Origin: an uncultured Desulfurococcaceae archaeon
GTDB lineage: Archaea > Thermoproteota > Thermoprotei_A > Sulfolobales > NBVN01
Reading direction: 5' to 3'
Assembly: GCA_964641155.1 (NCBI GenBank)
Contig: CAZXJO010000001.1
Span: 232,765-296,764 of the forward strand
Length of the DNA stretch: 64,000 bases
A program made the translations under genes and the position numbers. Within the stretch, counting starts at the first letter, position 1; every line of letters starts with the position of its first letter. The notes under the pieces were generated by a model. That model saw only the letters and a program-made list of their open reading frames with translations, was not told the origin of the DNA and made no database searches. Positions 36,407-45,742 of the stretch are shown one piece after another.

Positions 36407-37618
36407 TTACTTCCTCCTAGGCCTCGCACCCTTAGCTCTCTCAACTTTAGCGGGCTTTACCGGTGGCTTAGCGTAGGTGGTCTTAATTTCGTTGATCCTT
36501 TCCTCAAGCTCCCTCTTCAGCCTATCAGCTATGAATCTGCCTGTAAAGTAGTCAGCCTTGACAGCTATTGCCAACTTAGTGGCTAAGGATCTCGCTATCT
36601 TCCCTCTTTGCCATCTAGGCGCCTTATGAATCTCGGGGTACTGGAAAATGACCCCGTGCTTAGGTGGTTTACCACCGGTCCTCAGGGCTCTGAATAAAGC
36701 TTTCTCAGCGCCTAACACCTGTATGGTGCTGGCAGGCAGCTTAGCTAAGGTTTCCAGGCTGCCAGTTAGGCTCAGCAGCCTAGCACCTAGTAAGGGTCCT
36801 ACGAGTTCGGTGGTGTTGGGCGCTACTTCCTTCATAACGGAACTTAAGTAGGTGGTTAACCCTTCACGCAGTTTGTCCAGCTCTAACATTATGTTGGCCA
36901 AGGTCTGTATGGGCTCTATGTCATGGTTTGAGAGTTCGGCCCCCATGCTCTTTCCTGAGACACTTATTATGCGTTTTATCCTGCCTTCACCGAATCCTAA
37001 TTTCCTCAAACCTTTCTCGTCTATGTAGTCCCTGCTACCCAACTCGGCTACTATCTTAGCGTAGTCTACATGTTCCTTAACTATGTCATCTAGCTCGGGG
37101 AAGTGGATGCTGTACCACTCCCTAAGCCTTGAGGCGAACAGGTTAAATACCTTGTCTATGTCGTCTATAGCTCTGATGGCCTGAACCGCCAACAAATCCC
37201 TCTTCTGAGATACCTTCCTTAACTTACTCCTGGTTATGCTCAGTGATATGGTGTGTAGGAACTCGCTGTATTCATCCTCAGATTTTATGAAGCCCAGCTC
37301 AACGAGGTGTTTGGGCAGTTCGTTTCTGAACCTTAGTAAGACCTCGTTATCATGTTCTAACACTGCTTTAAGTCCCGCACTGTTTAAGTACTTGACACAG
37401 CTTTCAACATCTACGACAACCTCTAAGTCCTTACCGTAGGTGCTTACTAACTCATCAACCAGTTTAAGGAACTCCCCCGTCGGTTGTTCGTCTTCAAGTT
37501 TTAAAGCCCTTTCAACTAACTTATTGATCTCGTTAGGTGCTACAACCTTATGTATGATGTTGCCCTCGGAGTTTAAGGCAAACGCACCCACTATGACGTC
37601 GGTGAGAAACACCTTCAC
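36407..37618 (-). CDS. nop5: C/D box sRNP core protein Nop5 (Nop56/58)
   Basis: 403 aa with a Nop domain (EWYSIHFPEL..., GAEKALFRALRTGGKPPKHGVIFQ) and a basic C-terminal tail. Confidence 0.9.
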   Translation of the reverse strand: MKVFLTDVIVGAFALNSEGNIIHKVVAPNEINKLVERALKLEDEQPTGEFLKLVDELVSTYGKDLEVVVDVESCVKYLNSAGLKAVLEHDNEVLLRFRNELPKHLVELGFIKSEDEYSEFLHTISLSITRSKLRKVSQKRDLLAVQAIRAIDDIDKVFNLFASRLREWYSIHFPELDDIVKEHVDYAKIVAELGSRDYIDEKGLRKLGFGEGRIKRIISVSGKSMGAELSNHDIEPIQTLANIMLELDKLREGLTTYLSSVMKEVAPNTTELVGPLLGARLLSLTGSLETLAKLPASTIQVLGAEKALFRALRTGGKPPKHGVIFQYPEIHKAPRWQRGKIARSLATKLAIAVKADYFTGRFIADRLKRELEERINEIKTTYAKPPVKPAKVERAKGARPRRK

Positions 37619-37705
37619 CGCGTTAACACCTTCGATTAACTACGCTAACGAATTTAAAAACATATTTACACCTGATTAAGTTGTTTGAGGAAGACGGGCA
37701 TTAAG

Positions 37706-37715
37706 TTTTATATAT
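37706..37715 (+). promoter_or_regulatory. TATA box for the eS30 gene
   Basis: TTTTATATAT is centred about 35 nt upstream of the ATG at 37745. Confidence 0.45.
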
Positions 37716-37744
37716 CTTCATACTATCGTTACGTAGGTGTGTAG

Positions 37745-37939
37745 ATGCCAACACACGGTTCGATGACTAAGGCTGGTAAGGTAAGGAGTGCAACACCTAA
37801 AATACCTCCCAAACCCAGGAGGAACTTAGTCCCGAGGATTAGGAATAGAAGGGAGTTTTGGATTAGGAAGAGAAAGGAATCCGGGCTACCAGTGCCTACG
37901 GTCGTCCCACCGTCTTCAGTGCCTAGGAAGAGTAAGTAG
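37745..37939 (+). CDS. rps30e: 30S ribosomal protein eS30
   Basis: 64 aa. [23 protein letters not shown] matches the eS30 signature HGSL(T/A)KAGKVR. Confidence 0.8.
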   Translation: MPTHGSMTKAGKVRSATPKIPPKPRRNLVPRIRNRREFWIRKRKESGLPVPTVVPPSSVPRKSK

Positions 37940-38043
37940 TGTGGTAAGACCTTAGATCCCTAGGTGGTATTACGGCTGCAGATCTAAGGCCAGGAGACCT
38001 AGTCAGGATTATTAAGGATGGTCAGGTAATTGAAGGAGTTGTA

Positions 38044-39288
38044 ATGCCCTCGACGGAGCTGAGTTCTAAGGACGGCGTAGTTGTTGTAAAGTTGGCTAAT
38101 GGGTATAACGTGGGGATTTCACTCACAAATTCACGTATAGAAGTAATCAGTGAGAACTACATTAAAGTGGGTGTTTCTGAAGGGGGACGTGTTGAGACAC
38201 GTGTTAAGGGCCTTACAGAGAAGTTGATCTCGATAGTAAGCACCGGCGGCACCATAATAAGTAAAGTGGAGTATGAGACAGGTGCTGTCCGACCCGCACT
38301 AACCGCTGATGACTTAATGGACTTCGTTCCGGAACTCAAGGAGTTAGGCAGCATTGAAGTGGTGGACCTCTACAGACTTCTAAGCGAGAACATGACCCCG
38401 GAGCATTGGACATCAATATCTAGAGCGGTCTGGAGTAAAATAGTTGGGGGTGCTGATGCTGTGATAGTTGCACACGGTACTGACACAATGTCCTACACTT
38501 CCTCAGCCCTGGCATTCGCCTTAAGGAACCTCCCCCTCCCCATAGTCTTAGTGGGTTCCCAGCGGAGTAGTGATAGACCCAGCTCCGACTCGGCGTTGAA
38601 CTTGATAGCTTCAGCCATCATAGCACTTAACGCTCCCTTCGGGGAGGTAGTCGTAGCCATGCATGGGAGCATATCCGATAGCTATGTCTTGGCGCATAGG
38701 GGTGTGAAGGTCAGGAAAATGCACTCCAGTAGGAGGGATGCGTTTCAATCGATAAATGACATACCCTTAGCCAAGGTCGTCTTCCCTGATAAGAAGGTCG
38801 TCATGATTAACAACAGATACTTGAGGAGGTGTAGGAAGGAAGACCTAATCCTAGCCCCCAACTTTGAGAGGAGGGTGGCAATCGTTAAGGCGTATCCGGG
38901 AATAAGCCCTGAGATAATAGATTACTTAGTTGATAAAGGGTTTAAGGGAATAGTTCTGGAGGGTACTGGCTTAGGCCACATAAACGACTCATGTATAGCC
39001 TTTGTGAAGAGAGCGGTTGATGAAGGAGTAATCGTTGCGATGGCAACTCAAACAATATTCGGTAGGGTTAACATGAACGTCTACACCACGGGTAGGAAGC
39101 TCTTAATGGCGGGGGTCCTACCAGCTTCTGACATGTTGGCTGAGACAGCTTACGTAAAGCTATCATGGTTGCTGGCAAACTTCAACGACTTATCTGAGGT
39201 CAGAAAGTTGTTCAGAACTAACTTGGTCTATGAAATGAACGAGGCACACGATGATTACGTTTACCCAAGGTGGTGTCATGGAGATTGA
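38044..39288 (+). CDS. gatD: Glutamyl-tRNA(Gln) amidotransferase subunit D (first canonical start; true N-terminus probably upstream)
   Basis: Asparaginase-like domain (STGGTI, HGTDTM). GatD-like N-terminal sequence continues in frame upstream to 37948 without an ATG, GTG or TTG. Confidence 0.9.
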   Translation: MPSTELSSKDGVVVVKLANGYNVGISLTNSRIEVISENYIKVGVSEGGRVETRVKGLTEKLISIVSTGGTIISKVEYETGAVRPALTADDLMDFVPELKELGSIEVVDLYRLLSENMTPEHWTSISRAVWSKIVGGADAVIVAHGTDTMSYTSSALAFALRNLPLPIVLVGSQRSSDRPSSDSALNLIASAIIALNAPFGEVVVAMHGSISDSYVLAHRGVKVRKMHSSRRDAFQSINDIPLAKVVFPDKKVVMINNRYLRRCRKEDLILAPNFERRVAIVKAYPGISPEIIDYLVDKGFKGIVLEGTGLGHINDSCIAFVKRAVDEGVIVAMATQTIFGRVNMNVYTTGRKLLMAGVLPASDMLAETAYVKLSWLLANFNDLSEVRKLFRTNLVYEMNEAHDDYVYPRWCHGD

Positions 39289-41191
39289 CTACAGCAGTGT
39301 GGGGCTTCAGGTAGGTTTAGAGATCCATCAGCAGTTAGACACCTACACTAAGTTATTCTGCAAATGTCCTACGAAGCTCTTCGAAGGTCCGGAAGGGGAT
39401 GTTATTAAGGTGGAGAGGTACTTACGCGTCGCTCGCAGTGAGACCGGGGAGATAGACCCAGCCGCACTCTACGAGTACATGAAGGGGAGGAAGATTATTT
39501 ACTTAGCACCTAAAGGACATGTGTGCACTGTTGAGCTTGATGAGGAACCTCCCCATGAGTTAAATAGGGAGGCGTTAAGCATAGCTATAGGTGTTTCACT
39601 CGGACTTAAGTCTAAGATAGTCGATGAAGTCTATGTGATGAGGAAGATCGTTGTGGACGGCTCAAATACGACAGGATTTCAGAGAACTGCTATCGTGGCG
39701 TTAGGTGGTGAGTTACCGGATGAGGACGGCGTTGTGAGGATTCAAACCATATGCTTGGAGGAGGACGCCGCTAGGAAGGTGGAGGAGTCTAGGGATTCCG
39801 TGGTGTACAACTTAGACCGCTTGGGTATACCACTCATAGAGATCTCAACCGCACCTGATATTAGGAGTCCTGAGCAGGCGCTCAGAGTTGCTTCTAAGAT
39901 AGGCTTAATGCTCAGACTCACTGGCAAGGCTAAGAGGGGTTTAGGGACCATCAGGCAGGACATCAACGTATCCATTAAGGGAGGAGCGAAGATCGAGATC
40001 AAGGGCATACAGAACCTTGAAATGATCGACAAAGTTGTGAAATACGAGGTCATGAGGCAACTGAACCTCCTGAAAATCAGGGACGAAATCTCTTTGAGGG
40101 GTATCAAGGAGGATGATGTGGACGGCGTCGTTGAAGTCACATCAGTTTTCAGAAACTCCAAGAGCAAGCTGATAACAAACAACTTAAAGGAAGGTAATAA
40201 AGTCTACGCATGTGTTTTGAAAGGTTTTAAGGGGTTGTTGAAGTTTGAGGTGCAGCCGGGCAGGCGGTTCGGTACTGAGTTAGCTGACTACGCACGTGAG
40301 TGGGGAGGGGTTGCAGGTATAATACACACCGACGAGTTGCCCGGGTATGGCATAGGCGCTGATGAGGTTAGGGAGCTTTACAGATTTTTGGGTGCTGATG
40401 AGGGGAGGGATGCGGTAGTGATTGTAATGGGACCTGAAAGTAGGTGTATTAAGGCTGTGAACGCGGTCGTACATAGGGTTAAGGAAGCTTTCCGCGGAGT
40501 ACCCAGGGAGACTAGGGTAGCCAACGATGATGGAACCACCAGGTACGTGAGGCCGCAGCCCGGTGCTGCGAGGATGTATCCTGAGACAGATGTACCGCCG
40601 GTGAGGGTTGACGAAGACCTGATTAGGGAGGCGATGAAGTACGTTCCAAGAGACCCCAATGACGTGTACGAAGAACTGGTCGGTAAGTACTTGCTGAGTC
40701 CTGAACTCAGTAAGCAATTACTCAGAAGTCCGTACATCATTCACTTCTACGACTTTGTGAAAGAATTTTCAAGTGATGAAATAACACCGCATTACATAGC
40801 GTCCCTTCTGACGGTACAGCTTAAAGGACTTAAGGCGGAGGGGGTTCCCGTAGAGAGGATAACGGCCGCCATCATCAGGGAGGTCTTAGCGCGGTTGAAG
40901 GATGGTTTGGTTTCTAAGGATGGGGTGGTTGAAGTATTGCGCGAGTACGCATTAGATCCTGGCAAGTCCATTGACGAATTAGTGAGGAAGTACGTGAAGA
41001 AGGACGAACAGGAAGTAATTAAATTAATAACTAAGATAATTGAGTCTAACCGAGAGGAGTTAATTAAGAGGAAGGATAAGGCGTTCAACATAGCTATGGG
41101 TCTAGCTATGAAGGAGTTACGCGGTAAGGTTGACGGTAAGTTAGTGGCTGACTTAGTTAGGGAACTACTCAATAAGTTGCTGGGGATATGA
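39278..41191 (+). CDS. gatE: Glutamyl-tRNA(Gln) amidotransferase subunit E
   Basis: MEIDYSSVGLQVGLEIHQQL start, a GatB/E core, and a C-terminal YqeY-like tail. The ATG at 39278 overlaps the gatD end. The ORF-track start at 39251 is probably too early. Confidence 0.9.
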   Translation: MEIDYSSVGLQVGLEIHQQLDTYTKLFCKCPTKLFEGPEGDVIKVERYLRVARSETGEIDPAALYEYMKGRKIIYLAPKGHVCTVELDEEPPHELNREALSIAIGVSLGLKSKIVDEVYVMRKIVVDGSNTTGFQRTAIVALGGELPDEDGVVRIQTICLEEDAARKVEESRDSVVYNLDRLGIPLIEISTAPDIRSPEQALRVASKIGLMLRLTGKAKRGLGTIRQDINVSIKGGAKIEIKGIQNLEMIDKVVKYEVMRQLNLLKIRDEISLRGIKEDDVDGVVEVTSVFRNSKSKLITNNLKEGNKVYACVLKGFKGLLKFEVQPGRRFGTELADYAREWGGVAGIIHTDELPGYGIGADEVRELYRFLGADEGRDAVVIVMGPESRCIKAVNAVVHRVKEAFRGVPRETRVANDDGTTRYVRPQPGAARMYPETDVPPVRVDEDLIREAMKYVPRDPNDVYEELVGKYLLSPELSKQLLRSPYIIHFYDFVKEFSSDEITPHYIASLLTVQLKGLKAEGVPVERITAAIIREVLARLKDGLVSKDGVVEVLREYALDPGKSIDELVRKYVKKDEQEVIKLITKIIESNREELIKRKDKAFNIAMGLAMKELRGKVDGKLVADLVRELLNKLLGI

Positions 41192-41229
41192 GTGGATTAA
41201 GTGTTTGTTAGGTTAAAAAGTGCTTTCAT

Positions 41230-41568
41230 TTAGTCAGAGGCTTCTATGAATATAATGTTTTCAGACGGTATGCCGAACTCGTTTATCAGTATGTTCCTCA
41301 CTTTAACCCTATGGTCGCCTTGGAGCTCGACATGGCCGTCCTTTACCGTCCCACCAGTAGCTAACTTACTCTTAAGGTGTGATGCGATCTTCCACAAATC
41401 AAATACTGTTTGGTCCAGCCCCTCAATAACTGTTACTTCCTTGCCGAACTTCCGCTTCTCAACCTTGATTTTCACAACCTGTTGCTCAGCACCTAATTGG
41501 ACGCATAACTCTGGAGGTAACCCACCACATAAAGCCTCTATATCAACTTTATCGTTTCTTCCTTTCAT
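41230..41568 (-). CDS. sui1: Translation initiation factor aSUI1 (eIF1)
   Basis: 112 aa with [20 protein letters not shown] ... [19 protein letters not shown]. Confidence 0.9.
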   Translation of the reverse strand: MKGRNDKVDIEALCGGLPPELCVQLGAEQQVVKIKVEKRKFGKEVTVIEGLDQTVFDLWKIASHLKSKLATGGTVKDGHVELQGDHRVKVRNILINEFGIPSENIIFIEASD

Positions 41569-41701
41569 CTCACACCCTTACAGTTAGGAACTTCGTCATT
41601 GACGTTAATAAACTTTTACACTTTCAATATCGCTTAGCAGTTATAGCAGTTAATTAACTCCGCAGCTGAACCACTCCGATCCTCCGGAACTGAATGAAGT
41701 G

Positions 41702-41857
41702 TTATTCGGCCTTAACCCTCTTCCAGACATCTTTCCTAATTTTAACTATTACCCTTGATGAGCAGTAAGGACAACTTATTCTCTCGATCAGTTCTATCTC
41801 TTTGCTAGAGAAAGTCCTTCCGCACATCCAACATTTGTACATTATTTCCCCACTCAT
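41702..41857 (-). CDS. rpoP: RNA polymerase subunit Rpo12 (RpoP)
   Basis: 51-aa ORF, below the track cutoff, translated by hand: MSGEIMYKCWMCGRTFSSKEIELIERISCPYCSSRVIVKIRKDVWKRVKAE. It shows the Zn-ribbon pattern of RpoP (YxC..C..TF...CPYC...VKA). An alternative ATG lies at 41842. Confidence 0.7.
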   Translation of the reverse strand: MSGEIMYKCWMCGRTFSSKEIELIERISCPYCSSRVIVKIRKDVWKRVKAE

Positions 41858-41933
41858 ACATCGCTCACTACTAACATAAGAGGTGTTCAGGATTTTTAAA
41901 AACTATTAATTAGTCGAACAACGCATATTAAAG

Positions 41934-41942
41934 CTTTAAAAT
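41934..41942 (+). promoter_or_regulatory. TATA box for tRNA-Asn
   Basis: CTTTAAAAT is centred about 38 nt upstream of the mature tRNA 5' end. Confidence 0.4.
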
Positions 41943-41975
41943 CCTAATACGGTAGTAAATATTAAGAGTCATAGC

Positions 41976-42052
41976 GCCGGGGTAGCTCAGCCAGGTAGAG
42001 CGCCGGGCTGTTAACCCGGTGGTCGGAGGTTCGAGTCCTCCCCCCGGCGCCA
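41976..42052 (+). tRNA. tRNA-Asn (GUU), CCA encoded
   Basis: Hand-folded: acceptor GCCGGGG/CCCCGGC, D arm GCTC-AGCCAGGTA-GAGC, anticodon arm CCGGG-CTGTTAA-CCCGG, variable loop TGGTC, T arm GGAGG-TTCGAGT-CCTCC, then G73 and CCA. Confidence 0.92.
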
Positions 42053-42134
42053 CCCTCGCGCGCCACAGAGCGCATTGTAGGGTTATCGCCACCTCCTCAG
42101 TTTCTACGGCTTCGGAACTCTGGGGTTGGTGAAA

Positions 42135-44147
42135 CTATCCGTTGAGGAGGTAGTTTGCAACTTCTTTGGAGTATTTGCCAAGGAGTTTAATCCTACTTAG
42201 CTTCATCAAGTACTCATTCCAGTCAATTCCTAGTTTCCGCTTCCAAGCCTCGTACCTCTGCTTTATGTTCTGGTAGGCAATTAAGTGGGGCTCACATAAG
42301 GGTATGTCGTCAATGATGCCGTAGCCGTATTTCCCACATATCCGGCATTTTATTTCATTACTCACGCCTAGGGCTTTGAAGACATCCCCACTTCCCCCCT
42401 TATGTACGGCTTCCTTAAAATCGTCTAACTTTTTCTTAAGTATTTGTTTGGCCTCTGAAATCACTGACGACCTGGTAACACTTCCTTTAATGATGTTGTT
42501 TAGAAGTGCTTCGAACTTTCTAGTTAGCTCAACGCTTACTAGGTCCGTGAAGAAATTGTTTAGAACCTTAACTACCTGCAGCCCAATGTCAGTTACCTCT
42601 ACATGCTTGGAGGAGGTCTTCAAGTAATTTCTCTTGAATAAGTTTTCTATGATTTCAGCTCTAGTGGCCTCAGTACCTATTCCAACGGACTCCATCCACT
42701 TAAGCATTGATGTCTTCGTATATCCTTGGGGTGGTCTGGTGTAGGTGTTCAATACCCTAACTTCAACCACCTCAACCATGTCTCCGGATTTAAGCCTGGG
42801 AACTTCCTTTGAGGCCCACCTTACGAACGGGTAGTACTTCAGCCAACCAGCACTCAATACCTTAGAACCACTCAATGAGAACCTGAAGGAGTCAAAGACG
42901 AAGACGTTCCTAACCCTCCTTACGTGCGCCGGTTCGGCGAAGGACGACAAATACCTCCTTACTATTAAATCGTAAACCTTAAGTGCTTCAACCTTCACGT
43001 TCCTAGGAGGCATGTAGCCTGTTGGGTATATAGCTGGGTGGGCGGGGTCGTCTTTCTCACCCATGGTGGGGGTTAGCACATCTTTGGAAAGTAACTCCTT
43101 GGCTAGTTCACTATACTCCTTAATCCTACTGAGATTGGATATGATCTCCCTATTGTTTAAGGTGCTGGGGAGCCTCTGACTGTTGGTTCTTGGGTAACTG
43201 ATGAGTGACTCTAAGTACAACTCTTCGGCCACTGAGAGGGTTTTAGACGGTGAATATCCGTAAACCCTCGACGCCTCGTATTGAAGGTCTGGTAGATTGA
43301 ATGGTGGTGGAGGACTTATATACATGTCCCGTGCCTCAGACTCAGCAACCTCTAACTGCCTAACCCTCCTCATACGTTCCGCCACTAACTTAGGTAGGTC
43401 AGCATCGTCGAATTGGTCAAATAGGTTCTCAAGTACGTAGTTCTTACCGTTAATACTTACCTTAACCCTTAATGAGAACTTCACGTCAGGTACGAAAGTA
43501 CTTATGTTTAAGGAGTTGTTGGCGACTTCAACTAGCGTTGGTGATTGAACCCTCCCAGCACTTAAGATGTATCTCCTTCCGTACGCCCTCTCAAAGACAT
43601 CCGACAGAGCCCTGCTGACGTTTATACCCCATAGCCAGTCGAGTTCATGCCTACATAAACCTGCTTCAACCATCTCCCAATCAAGGGACTTTAAGTTGTT
43701 GTACGCCTGACTTAGCTCATCTAAGGTTAGGCTGGAAAACTTCATTCTCTTAGCCTTCTTAGGGTCCCCGAAATTAGATATGATCATGTAACCTATTACA
43801 GACCCCTCTATATCGTAGTCACACGCATTGACGTACTCTGAAGCGTCCTTGAAGAGCCTATCCATCAGTTTGAAGTAATTCACCAAGAACTTCGCTTCGC
43901 GGTCCTCAACCCATCTAGGTACCCACCTATAATTGAATACTGGGTAGCTGTTTTCATTAGTTGAGAGTGTGAAGAGGTGTCCTGCACTACCCACCACAAC
44001 AACTGTCTTACCGCCCACCTTCCCAACCCAATAAGGAACCCCGAACTCTTTGTATTTCCTATTCAACCCTAAAGCCGCGGCTATCTTAGCAGCAGCCCTA
44101 GGCTTCTCAGCAACTACGACTGTGTGTCCCTTAAGTTCTACCTCCAT
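42135..44147 (-). CDS. topA: Type IA DNA topoisomerase (TopA/Topo III-like)
   Basis: 670 aa with Toprim (VVVAEKPRAAAKIA, DYDIEGS), active-site context SYPRTNSQ, and a C-terminal Zn ribbon CRICGKYG..CEPH. Confidence 0.9.
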   Translation of the reverse strand: MEVELKGHTVVVAEKPRAAAKIAAALGLNRKYKEFGVPYWVGKVGGKTVVVVGSAGHLFTLSTNENSYPVFNYRWVPRWVEDREAKFLVNYFKLMDRLFKDASEYVNACDYDIEGSVIGYMIISNFGDPKKAKRMKFSSLTLDELSQAYNNLKSLDWEMVEAGLCRHELDWLWGINVSRALSDVFERAYGRRYILSAGRVQSPTLVEVANNSLNISTFVPDVKFSLRVKVSINGKNYVLENLFDQFDDADLPKLVAERMRRVRQLEVAESEARDMYISPPPPFNLPDLQYEASRVYGYSPSKTLSVAEELYLESLISYPRTNSQRLPSTLNNREIISNLSRIKEYSELAKELLSKDVLTPTMGEKDDPAHPAIYPTGYMPPRNVKVEALKVYDLIVRRYLSSFAEPAHVRRVRNVFVFDSFRFSLSGSKVLSAGWLKYYPFVRWASKEVPRLKSGDMVEVVEVRVLNTYTRPPQGYTKTSMLKWMESVGIGTEATRAEIIENLFKRNYLKTSSKHVEVTDIGLQVVKVLNNFFTDLVSVELTRKFEALLNNIIKGSVTRSSVISEAKQILKKKLDDFKEAVHKGGSGDVFKALGVSNEIKCRICGKYGYGIIDDIPLCEPHLIAYQNIKQRYEAWKRKLGIDWNEYLMKLSRIKLLGKYSKEVANYLLNG

Positions 44148-44156
44148 GATCGCAAC

Positions 44157-45323
44157 CTACGCAGTAGGTAAGGGTGCTGAGAGGAGTAGGAGTACGGTGT
44201 AAATGAGGGCGACCTTAATCTTAGTGGCTTTAGCTACAGGGGTGTCAAGCATGTTAGCTGACCCAATATGGGGCCTTAGCCCCGATATAAGTAGTGCTAT
44301 GATGGAGAATACCCCCAACCAGATGAGGGTACCTCCGAAGAATACCGTAGCGGCTAGTGAGACGGCCACCATCGCTAACGCGGTTAGCATACTTATAGCA
44401 AAATGCGTTTTAACCGATGTTATCCCCCTAACCACATGCCCACCGTCTAACTGCCCGATTGGGAGGAGGTTGATAAAATGTATTATGATCATTATCAGCG
44501 ATGCGTAAGCTGCTGGATTAAGTACCGTTACTAGTTCCGCGTTAGAGATCGCCGTGACGAAGTTCATGATGAGGTAGGCTGAGATTGGGACCACCTCCAC
44601 GTACCTCAGCGAGCCCTCACTTAAGGCATTTAAGACCATCTCCACCGGGAGCTTAGGTGAAAGTGAGTAACTGATGGTGAAGAAAGTTAGTGATGTGACA
44701 AACCCTATGAGAGGTCCTGAAACCCCCAGTCTCAGCAAACACGTCAGGTTCTTCGGCAAGAAGTTCATCCTAACTATAGCGCCGAAAGTGCCTAGTGGTG
44801 AGAGCAGTGGTGCCGGGATGAAGACAGGGTAAGATGCGGGTATGTTAGACCCCTTGATCACGAACCAATGTCCCACCTCATGCATTACTAGGGGTATGAG
44901 AACGCTTAACGTGAAAAGGAACACCTCATATATGATGTAGCCGTAACCAAACTCACAGCCCGTAATCATAGTTAGGTTGATGCAGAAGTTATTAGCTATA
45001 AAGTAGCCGGTCATTAAAACTGAAATCAGTGTTAGGCCGAATAGTGCTAGTGGGATCCTGTACTTGTTAGTGGGGGTTTTCCTGCCGTTTATAACCCTCA
45101 AAACCGTTACATTGCCAGCGCTATACAGCATTGGATAGTAATCCAACATAACCAACTCGTCGTACAACTTATTGAAAGAATCGCCTATGTCCCCCGTACT
45201 GGAGATAACCACATATTCAATGAATGCCTCGTTTCTAAAGCTCTCAGCGACATTGAAGAACTTGTTTACGATTGAGGTAGGCTCTGACGCACCATTCATG
45301 ACGTTACCCAAGATATGGGTCAC
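44157..45323 (-). CDS. Site-2 protease family (M50) membrane metalloprotease
   Basis: Polytopic membrane protein with HEVGHWF (HExxH) and NLLPIGQLDGGHV motifs. Confidence 0.75.
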   Translation of the reverse strand: MTHILGNVMNGASEPTSIVNKFFNVAESFRNEAFIEYVVISSTGDIGDSFNKLYDELVMLDYYPMLYSAGNVTVLRVINGRKTPTNKYRIPLALFGLTLISVLMTGYFIANNFCINLTMITGCEFGYGYIIYEVFLFTLSVLIPLVMHEVGHWFVIKGSNIPASYPVFIPAPLLSPLGTFGAIVRMNFLPKNLTCLLRLGVSGPLIGFVTSLTFFTISYSLSPKLPVEMVLNALSEGSLRYVEVVPISAYLIMNFVTAISNAELVTVLNPAAYASLIMIIIHFINLLPIGQLDGGHVVRGITSVKTHFAISMLTALAMVAVSLAATVFFGGTLIWLGVFSIIALLISGLRPHIGSANMLDTPVAKATKIKVALIYTVLLLLSAPLPTA

Positions 45324-45331
45324 CGTTCGGT

Positions 45332-45646
45332 TTAGGAGGTTGAACCTTCCGCAGTCCTGTAGAATTTCTCCTCAAGCTCTAAAAGTTTTTTAAGTGGTAT
45401 TAACTCCTTCTCACCATTAGGCATAACCCTAATTACCGTTATCGGAAGAACACCCCTTTTGAGCTCCTCAATAGCTATTATGACATTATCCTTAGGGAGT
45501 TCGCTTATGTCGATCAGGGGAGGGGCCCCAAGGGATAGCTGGAGCGCCCTCGCACTGATTATACGTGCCTTCTCATATCTTGTCGGCTTCGGTGGCCCGA
45601 CCTTAATTCCCGCAAGATCTCTCAATCTCTCTAACACTCTCTGCAT
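45332..45646 (-). CDS. rpoK: RNA polymerase subunit Rpo6 (RpoK)
   Basis: 104 aa with [25 protein letters not shown]. Confidence 0.9.
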   Translation of the reverse strand: MQRVLERLRDLAGIKVGPPKPTRYEKARIISARALQLSLGAPPLIDISELPKDNVIIAIEELKRGVLPITVIRVMPNGEKELIPLKKLLELEEKFYRTAEGSTS

Positions 45647-45742
45647 CCACTTAACACCGCGAGTAGAGAATCTATCTTAAGGGTAAAAAATGTTTGTTAT
45701 TCCTTGAGTTCAACGGTCCGTTGATTGGGAATCGTTGGGTCG

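Noticed and set aside
40280-41172. Three minus-strand ORFs (120-145 aa) inside gatE
   Set aside because: They are antisense to a well-conserved GatE coding frame. Two of them overlap each other in different frames, which is typical of shadow ORFs.
41671-41693. 13-nt identity (CCTCCGGAACTGA) between the sui1-rpoP intergenic region (plus strand) and the D' guide plus D' box of the sRNA at 56017-56076
   Set aside because: No C box precedes it at the right spacing and no D box follows, so it is not a paralogous sRNA. The reverse complement in the rpoP 3' region would give only about 9 bp of guide pairing. That is intriguing, but I cannot separate it from chance without transcript data.
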